From Tubulanus polymorphus (Eukaryota > Animalia > Nemertea), in the NCBI RefSeq assembly GCF_964204645.1, contig NC_134029.1, forward strand, positions 8,458,850 through 8,522,849: 64,000 nt of DNA. The letters are read 5' to 3'. Positions within the stretch are counted from its first letter, which is position 1. Every line of letters starts with the position of its first letter. This document shows positions 54,432-64,000 of this stretch, one piece after another. Under the pieces are notes generated by a model. The model ran no database searches. It was given only the letters and a program-made list of their open reading frames with translations, and had not been told where the DNA came from. Made by a program: the position numbers and the translations under genes.

Positions 54432-56284
54432 ATCAACTGGCATGCGACGATGAGAACGAAGATGTCCACAGCTGGAATTAACACCGTCGAGAAAACTCAA
54501 CAACAGATTATGAAAAACAAATCTTCAATTATTAACAACCACCAGAAATGGATTGATTTACCTATTTACCTACAACATCAACGGAGTCAATGAGGGAATT
54601 AAACGCAATTCGAACGACGCTTTCGACCATGTGCGTTTTTGGTATTTTTGTAATAATAAACCAGCGCTATTCAAACATTCACCCGTCGGTCTATCGTCCC
54701 CCCCCGAAATTGCCGATCCAAACATTACAGCAGCTGAACGCCGTAATCTCCGCTATTACGGCATTCGCCGTTTTGCGTCACGGAGTTTATTACGTAAATG
54801 GTTCGGCGTAATTGAGGTTACCGCGCAGTGATGTATTAGTACAACCCGTTCAGCGGCGAGCCGTTCCATCCGTCTCGATCGCTCTCAACAAATAATAAAT
54901 GAACGAACAAATTGGATAAAGTTGATCTAATCTTCGCAACCGTCCAACTGTAATTCATATCGAGAGCACGGTTTGATATAGACGCGCGCGCTGATCTTAA
55001 TCTCCTATCAGTTCAGCGTGCTCTTATGAAAACTAAAGCGCGACCGAAAGGAGATGATTTGGCACAGATCAGGCCCGAGTCAAATTTAGCCCGTACCTAA
55101 TTAGAGAGTGCGTTCATGTGTAAACCACTCACTCAATGCTTAAACAAAGCCAAGTGATTCACTTCCGCAACCAGATAAAACAATTGCATGACATGCACTA
55201 AAGATTTCTTTATTTCTTCATTCAAAAATATCTTCGCGGTTCTGTATATCAACTATTGGTCTCATAATACAAGACGCTGCGTCTGCGAAGGCTGTGAAAA
55301 CAGTTGATAAACGTGGAAATTGGAGTTAAAGGGAAGTAAATGGAATCGGAGTTGACGGCATCGGAGCTGAAGAGTTCTGAAATCGACAGGCTGGAAAATG
55401 ATGGAATGGAAGTTGGCAGAATGGGAGTCGAGACGAAGCTGACGAGTGGAAATTGACACGGCGGAAAACGATGATGGAATGGAAGGTGATATAGAAGTCA
55501 ATGGAGTGGAAGATGACGGACTAGAGGTCGATAAGTGCGCGTACCGACGGAATGGAAGCCGACAGTCGTTAGGACAACGCCTGTTAAACGCGCGGACAAA
55601 CAACACCAAAACCGGACGCTCTAATTCCGCGTAAGTACCTCAACCGACGGCGACGCAACGCTGCAAAAAATTCTAAACCAATTACGTGCCGTGATATCGA
55701 GACGGACAGTTTTTCGACGAGATGCCCACGGGATTGCGGATCCGCAACGAACGAAGGTCGGCACCTTGTCAGTCCGCATAAGCGCCGTTATACATCATCA
55801 CATGACAATAACGCCACCGGATAAAATCCAAGCGGCTCGACGGCGATGGAATTTTCGTCGACGAACCCAGCCGCCAAAACGACCGTAATTACACGTGTAC
55901 GCCGCGTATTCAAGTCAAGTCGATTTCTACTTTGCTTGAGAGAACGTCGGGCGGCTTCACTCGGTCAGTTTCAGTAGTACGTTCCCGATATAGGTGTTAA
56001 TAGGACCAGGGCCAAGTTTCACGAATAAGTTTAAATCAAATTTTTGGCGTAATTGCCATTGGTTACTTCATGTTTCATGCCAACATAACATAATTTTCCA
56101 TGATTTGAACTTCAGTTGGTAGGCATGGAGATATATTGTTTAAGTGGATTTGATTTAACGAAATGGTGTCTCCTTTCCACCCCATTCAAAGGAGACTTTT
56201 TGGTAATCCTTCAATAGGCTACATTGCTAAAAATGGATTAAAAATCGATGTTTAAGTTCACAACTGCCCATCATTCTTCGCTGT

Positions 56285-56498
56285 GGGCGATTTGGCCCGG
56301 GCCAAATTGGCACAGATCAGGCTCGAGCCAAATTTGGCCCCGTGCCTAATTAGAGAACGTGCTCACATGCAAGCCACTTGATACTTAACAATGCTAAAAA
56401 AAGAAAATGACAAACAAAATTTGGGCTAAACAGGCACGGGCTCATTTGGCATCTGTGTGACATTGTTCCGGGCCAAAAACACTTGCGTGATCGTGGCT
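56285..56498 (-). mobile_element. family B MITE, internally deleted
   Basis: CGATTTGGCCCGGGCCAAATTGGCAC ... GTGATCGTGGCT. Other degenerate copies lie at ~1046-1175, 3830-4090, 5752-5830, 55035-55180 and 57770-57968. Confidence 0.75.
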
Positions 56499-59400
56499 AA
56501 CATCAGAACTAGTAAAAACGACGAGCTGACAAGCGAAGTTGAAATAGACATTAGGCGATCGACTAACGTAATTCGCTATATAACAGGAAAGGCGTGCATC
56601 TTCTAACTCGCGCGATCGTACGCGCGCTCAGCATTCAGCATCCGGCTATCAATCCAGACCGGAGACTTCACAAAAACTTTTTTTAACAGTCCAGTCGACA
56701 GGCACGCGCCGCTGCCGTCATTATCGGTCGACTGGCGCTGTTAGGAACCCCGGATAAATCCAGGATATCACGACGCGCGGGTGCGATAATTGCTTGTTAA
56801 AATCGTCAACAAGAGAAGCTGTTTTTCTTGTCATCTGTCTCGTACAATGACGACGGCGAGGTACGGCGAATGTTTAAAAACCCACAGTAGATTTGTAGAA
56901 ACGGTTTATTTCCTAACAGTTTCGAAGTTAAAACTAAACCTCATCTTCAGAGGTACAAAAAAGGAAATTCTTTTCTTTTTTCTTCGTTTTTTTCCTCTCA
57001 TTTGTTTACAACCGTCTGCAGCATTCTGAAACAAGAAACACTTAGCTAAGAATCCGTCGATATGAAAAATGTTGGAATAATTATAACCGACAGTCGCTCG
57101 TCTACGGAAACCAACTTTACCGGTCACGGCTTGACCCCGCGCGGTTATCATCGCCGACGACAGGAACTTTCAATCGACACAACCCCGATTCAATGACTCG
57201 ATCGCTAGCGTGAAATCTACTCTAGCGTACGTAACGTAATAGATGAATAAAAAAAAAAAACAACTTGCAAGCGCGATTCATTCGACAAGCCGTATCTTTT
57301 TCACAAGCGAAGAGACAAAGACGATGACTACGATGATGATGATAGGGTATGCCAGCGCCGCCGTGGGACGCGCGCGCACCCCGTCATCAGTATGAATGAC
57401 CATTCGTCGGCCGCGTGTACGGGTAGTAATCCGACCGACGGACGATCGGATTGTTCACCGGAGCGAACGCCACGTTTCACATGATTCCGACAATTAATCA
57501 ACGAAGGCGCGAGGAGGCGAGAACCGAAACGAGAGTTCCATGACAATGATACGAGCACCGGCGTCGGGAATGCTCGCCGTCAACGGACGACGCTCTCGAG
57601 ATGGATCGACCGGTAAAAATCCACGGCCCGGAATCAACGTACGATCGATAACCCTACTGAGGTTCTATCGCAGCCATTCGCCGTAATCACGTCACTGGCT
57701 CCATATTGAGGGTCAACACACTGCAGTTTCATGACGGCTCCCTGAAATTTGTAAATGACCATATGCGAATGCATGGCGACGAATTGGCCCACGCCAAATT
57801 GGCGGCATGGATCAAATTTGGCCCATGCCTAATTCAGGAGGGGTTCACATGTACACCACACTCGATACTAGATGCTTAGAAAAAAATGAGTCACTTCTGG
57901 AACCCTCTGGAACCTGTGTGAACGGTTGCCTAATTTGGTATGGGCCAAAAATGTGTGTGATTTCAGCTATAACCTATCGTATGGCAAAATATCCAACACT
58001 AACCGGCAAACTAACTCACATCACAGGGCGGATTTTTTTCAGGGCAATTTCCTTCCACCCGTCTTGCAGTCATGTGCTCATTCAATGCGACTGCACCGTG
58101 TTGGTGGTCAAGCGCAATAAATGATTCACATGACAAACCTTCGTCGTTTGTAAATTCCCTGATCATCGTTTGTATTCTTCTGTATGGCGGCAAATTTCCA
58201 GCACTGGTTGGAGAACAAACTATGCTGTTGCACACACGGAACATCTACAGCCGAACGATATGGTTTGGTCACGGGAAGTTGGTGAATCGCCAAAAAGGAC
58301 TATACAATGTAACGTAAAAAGGGGTATGATAACTTCTGGGATTTTTTTTCTGTAGATAAATCGCCACCAATGCGAAAGTGGAATGTACAGTCTAATCAGT
58401 CTTAGATCTGATATCTTTACGGTAATTTTCACTAAAAAATGAGAACGACTTTGAAATTCAATTAAAAATACAGAGCGTCCCATTAATTACTATACATAAA
58501 GAACTACCTGTCCTTTTCAAACCGCTTGAGATAAATCGGCCGAATCTTCAGGAGAGAAATGGACTACAATGATACTGTTTTCAGCACCAAAAAATCCCAT
58601 GAGTTTAAAAAATATGCTGAATGGGAGAACCTTTCGATTTAATCACATGATTCAGTCTATTGTTGAAATTTCTCAGTACGTTGCCAGTTGTGGTAGTTTC
58701 ATTGAAAATGAACTATTCTGATTATTGAGAGCGATTCAATATATTTGGTTATCGTCGAACTCTCGAAATCAGTCAAAAACATTCGCAAATAGCAGTAGTC
58801 AGGCCCGAATTGCTTATTGCATTTGCTGACCAATAAGGCATCTTCACACACAAAATAAGCACGTGACTTGAAGACCGGATGAACGCGCCAACGTGGAAAA
58901 AAAACGATAGAGGTGTTTCACCTGGGGAATCTACGTAGACGAGTACGGTTTAAACGAATGATCCGACATCCCCGAATCGAACACTCTAACCACTCACCCA
59001 ACCCGCTTTGGACAAGATACTGATACGCGCGTCTACTGTTTCTTTTTTCTTCGATTCGTAGAACTTTTTTTTACGACCTGTCAGCGTTAGTAGATGAGAT
59101 CAGCAATCACCAGACACACACATTCAGCTTATTCACACAATCACGTCTGAAATCCATCAGAAAGCCATTACATTATGCGATTAAATTTGCTCGCGAAAAA
59201 CAGTCATCGGCCAGTGTCAAGACGTATCGCTCGGCAAAGACTTAACTATCGGCGACGCGTTATTGACAGATGACGAAACTTCAGACATCGGGCGTTTTTC
59301 TATTTCGTCGGGGCCGGCGTGCGATTTGTTTTAAAAAGATTTCAAGCCGAAGTCGTATTAATTCTCATCCGGTAAAAGTATCTCCGGAGCCGACCAGCCT

Positions 59401-59660
59401 CGAGTTGACTGGCGTGAATAACACTTTCGAGATCTAGCGGAAAACTGTTTAATCTGTGAGAGAGCGCGGAAGTTGAGCCGGTCCAGCATCTTGAAGCCTA
59501 GCTAAAGCCTAGCGTACATCGTTGGACTAGCAACTGATCAGATCCAGTTGCTACCGAATGCCAGGACCCAGGCACATTGAAATTCTAGTCAATTGCAATA
59601 GCTGCGTGGCGTGTACCAGTCTCTAGATCCACAGCCATACATCGACGGCAACTCGGATAT

Positions 59661-60079
59661 CAGGGATGAGAACCAGGGATTACGAAAAAAAGCGGGACTT
59701 ATGATGAAAATTTCTCAATTACTGAAATTACAGCTAAACTGCAACATAGGCACGAAGCATTATGGGGGTTCCCCAGCATGATTTCCAAAACAGTCTGTAT
59801 CAATTCCAGATGGCAGCACGAACTGGTTATTCTTTCACAATAGTTTATATCGGCAATACCAGATGGCAGCCCATTACGATAATTTTAGGGCCGAGTGCCG
59901 TCAAGCATGCTAAAAATACTCAGTTTTGTGAGTTGAAACATAATGCCAGACACAGCGAACCTTCCAACCCCACCCCCTCAATTTCTTGACCGATCTGGAC
60001 AATGTGGAAAGCTCTTTTTTTTAAATTTCTCATCACAAAAAGCGGGACACCGCCAAAAAGCGGGAAATTCTCATCCCTG
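59661..60079. mobile_element. hAT-like MITE
   Basis: Exact 12-bp TIR CAGGGATGAGAA / TTCTCATCCCTG, AAAAGCGGGA subterminal repeats, flanks GATAT/GAGAT. Confidence 0.75.
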
Positions 60080-61369
60080 GAGATGTAATCTAACATCCCA
60101 AGTCACATGGCATTTTGCTTTGTTTTATCTATTCTATCCGAGGATATCATCCTAACCGAGTACAACCAGTTCCTCTGAAGAAGAACATGGGAAACTGGCT
60201 GGTGCTGGAGAGTGGTAAGCTTGAGTACATTGACAAATACACATTGAAGCAACCGATTGTATCCAGCCAGTTCATACACCGAAAATTGCTTCGCAAGTAA
60301 CTGACTCCAGTTATGCTAGTCTTAACATCATTCGGGATGGGGGGGGGCAAAGATCAGTCATATAAAATCAAACCTATTTTATTGACTTGATGGACCGAAT
60401 GGAAAATGACCGATATTTCTAACCCTTCGAACCACAGAACGCTTGTCTACGGACTGAAACATCTAATCTCCAAAGAACATGTTGATGTCTGCTATCATTG
60501 CCATCTATATGAAAAACTATGACCTAAATCGAATTTCCACACAATTGGCGAATCAAGCATTGATAGTTCGGCAACATCGCGAACATCGCGAAGTTGCAGC
60601 ATGTAATGCATTGACATTCCGAAAAACTGATGTCACTAAATGGCCATTATTATAACCTATCCCATGTAGACATACTAAATGACCCAGACCACGATCGTCT
60701 GTTAGGGGGGATAGACAGATAAAGTATGATTTGCTATCCATCATCAGCAGCAGCTTCTCGGTAATAACGATTGATAAAACAGTGTCCGGCATAAAGGCCG
60801 GCCAGGCATGATGCATAAAGGGCATTTCAACAGCATCAGCGGCGTTTACCAAGTATCGGATCGTCGATGATCGAATCAAAAGAACCGATACACCGGCGCC
60901 GCGTGTGTGTATCGGTAGCGCGCGTGTGCGATACACGGCGACGTGGCTACCGATCTACCATTGATTAACTCGTAATTACGTCCTCGCGCGAAAAAAGGAA
61001 AACCGACGATCGAATGCTCACTCAAGCGCGTCTTAATTAGGTTGTACATCGAAATTAGAGCGAGGTGGCCGCGATTCTCAAGGGTAGAATTACTACACCG
61101 CATGCATGCGCGCTGACCGTTCGTTCATCGAAAATACGCGAACCGTGTAGAACATCTTGTAATGAGTGTATTCGCACGCGCTGGACATAATCGCCATACA
61201 CTACCTGACCTGGCTAACTACCGATTATCACATCGGGGACAAAAAAAGTAAATTTTCAGGGACGCGATAAGGAAAAATTGGAACAATCTCTAGAGGGGAG
61301 TGGAAAATTTGTATCACGGACAGCAAAAGATTTCCTATAGCATCGAAAAAACCACCGTCAGAGAAGTCC

Positions 61370-61630
61370 ATCTTCACCACAGTGCAGTGTATAGATCAAT
61401 GATGGACTTTGCAAGTACACCGCATCGTCGTATATCGATTCAGTCGATAATTAGGTATAATCTGTTGAAAGATGGCAGCACCTGTCAAACATGTTGATAT
61501 ATTAAAAATAAATGATACACTGCACGCTAGAGCAGTATGTCCGTTAATACAACGCACCGGGGTGGAATTTTTATAAAATCTTAATATCAATTCCAGCATT
61601 TTACAGTTACGATAAGTCAGCACCGAAAAA
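61370..61630 (-). mobile_element. family A MITE, reverse orientation
   Basis: AAAGATGGCAGCACCTGTC (reverse complement of the core) at ~61468 and GTCAGCACCGAAA at the end. Confidence 0.75.
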
Positions 61631-62828
61631 GTTACGATAAGTCAGCACCAAAATGCAAATTTGTACCGGGGTACGTTAATCCCACTGCTATCCTTCAGCA
61701 CAGCAGCACTGGTAGTGATGCAATCTATACGGTGAAGATTAACCAAGCAGGTTGCACATACTGGCCAGTGATAAAAAAATATCACTACATGCCATTACAA
61801 TGACTGCACATAGTAGGGCTACAGTAAAAACTGTAGATTATAAAGTTGCGACCCGAATAGCAGTCCCCAGTGAAGTTTTTTTTGTCCCTAATGATCCGGT
61901 AATGTGGTGGTATCCACCGGAATTTTTTGCCAATACACGTATCGATAAATGCAACATAACACATTTCATAACAATCCCACACAGACCACATATGCCATGG
62001 GCTCAGAATTTTTAGTTGTCACTTTGTAAACACTTCACTAACAGATTTTACATCATAGTCTTACTAGGTTTGTTCTATATCTTTCATCTTGTTTAGGTGG
62101 AGGATGGAACTACTGGAATTCAATATATTTTAGTGCCACCTAAGAGGTTTTTCGAATTTTATCTAAGGATGCTAAAATCGTTTAAAAATTGTTTACCCAG
62201 ACACCCGATTGTGTCGGGTTAATAGCCGGCCAAATGCCCAGTTGCGGCTTAAGTCCAGAAATGTTCTTATATCTTAAAGCTGTTCTTTGCATTAGAACCA
62301 ATTTAGGCTTAGTCCGGTCTTTATTTTGCGTGGTCAAAAATATAAAATAAACAATCTCTGCACATCAAATTTTCAATTTGATATCCAGCCCCCAAGTATC
62401 CCCCGTAAAATATTTTGCACTTTCAGTGCAAGTACTCATTAATTCCTTTGTTGCACAACTGGCACCTCGTATTTGTCGACGGGCCATCCTATCTTCTTTA
62501 ATCCTGGATTGAAAACTCTGATGATCTCATCAATTGACCGAAAACCCCTTTAACGAATATTTACACGGTTCTCGACACATATATAGCGATGATAAAGCCG
62601 GTTATATCGCTGCGGATAAATTCGGTATTCAAGTCGAATTGATGAAGGCTCTCTTAAAACATACAGATGGCTGTCCAGGGAGGAATCCTGTCAACTCGAC
62701 GCGCAATTAGAATGCATGCGAGGTGTATAACAAAGAGCAAAAAATTCAAATATAGCTGCAAAACAGCGATAACGGGTTTTCTGCCGTGTACGTATCCGAA
62801 ATGAAAGTAACAATAGATTATCGAAATA

Positions 62829-62990
62829 CAGTCAATGCCGCTTAATCGGGATCGGCTTAATCCAAATTTTGGTCTATTCCGGACAGTATTTGCAGTCCAT
62901 TTCTTCAGCAATATACAAGAAAATGACTTTTAATCCAGATTTCCCGTATTCTGTTGGTCCCAATTGATCTGAATTAAGCGGGTTCTACTG
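62829..62990. mobile_element. pogo/Tigger-like (Tc1-mariner) MITE
   Basis: TA-CAGTCAATGCCGCTTAAT ... ATTAAGCGGGTTCTACTG-TA. Confidence 0.75.
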
Positions 62991-64000
62991 TATTGCATTG
63001 TCGGGATTGGCACCTGATGAGGCGACTCGCACCATTACATTATCACGTGATCCTGAAAATAACTGGAAAAGAGGTTGCCGGAGATGACATAGGCAATGGA
63101 CCCTATTGTAGTACGTCGGCCGGATATCGTTTGGCGGCACTGTGGCAGATGCCATCTTGAATCTGCGTCGAATTATATCGGCGAATTATAACTTGATAAC
63201 TGATAACTTGCGCTATATGGGAAGCAAGATTATGCGAATGTGGAATACTCTTTAACCTGCCGACTACTCCTCAAAATGCTCTTACCACTTCACCATCAGG
63301 TCTGGCCAGCTCGTGCCACAAAAAAAGACCATTTCATGTACTATATCTAAATCAGGTCGGGTTCAGACATTCGAACGGGTTTTGGCTACGTAGTCTATTT
63401 CAGGGAATTCTTGGTTATTTTGTTGATCAAAATGTTAATAAAGCTTGTTGTCGTATTGAAAAGGAGTTACAACGTGATAACATTGCCTGGAATAGATTAA
63501 ATGAAAAATAAATCACACGACAATAATTGGTCGGCACAAAACCCTAATTAACAAATATCCAAATATAGCAAAATTGCATGAATCAATATGAACCTTGATA
63601 CCTTAGAAACCTATACGCCTATTGCTGATCATATGTGTGCACAAATACCCCGAAACCCATATCTAGCTTTCGCGTAATCTAATTTCAAAACCAAAATTCC
63701 TGCTAAATCCTCTACACCAACACTATTTATGCACATTGCCACAAACCACCTTAGTAATACAGCAAAATTCGGATAAGTTGTCAGCAGATGTCATCATATC
63801 AAACCTAATCATCAATATTTCTTATTTCTGAGTCACAATTTTGCAGTTCAATTTACTATGTGTAAGTCATTTGGATTATTCAACATATAATGATTATCCC
63901 AGCTCAGACAACTTGACCAAATCATAAAGTACATATTTTCCTGATTGTCAACTCTCTTCCCAGCATACCCAATGTTAGGTAGTACGTGAATAGGGAGTCC

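Noticed and set aside
60115-60300. short CDS or exon (…GNWLVLESGKLEYIDKY…)
   Set aside because: Too short, with no recognisable domain or supported splice structure.
63005-63035. hammerhead ribozyme at CTGATGAGGCGACTCGC
   Set aside because: No GAAA box follows the putative stem II.
1-64000. remaining 60-130 aa ORFs as genes, and a prokaryotic or phage origin
   Set aside because: The ORFs are short, overlap on both strands, often use alternative starts and show no recognisable motifs. Low coding density, microsatellites, LINEs and SINEs indicate non-coding animal DNA.

Overview
This is AT-rich eukaryotic DNA, most likely from an invertebrate animal (inferred from its repeat families), and I found no supportable host gene, so it is intergenic or deep intron. 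The only clear coding sequence is a 5'-truncated CR1/L2-group LINE reverse transcriptase on the minus strand (~38360-40550) with one frameshift and one premature stop. The rest holds many short non-autonomous elements: a piggyBac-type MITE, several PIF/Harbinger-like MITEs, hAT-like elements with 5-6 bp TSDs, a pogo-like MITE, Helentron/DINE-like repeats, a tRNA-derived SINE, Penelope remnants with hammerhead-ribozyme motifs, and a 47-bp minisatellite. The main higher-order pattern, judged by eye and not computed, is an alternation of roughly 0.4-0.9 kb CpG-rich unique blocks with CpG-poor blocks that hold nearly all the insertions, about 40 cycles in 64 kb. CTCF-like motifs sit at several block edges.
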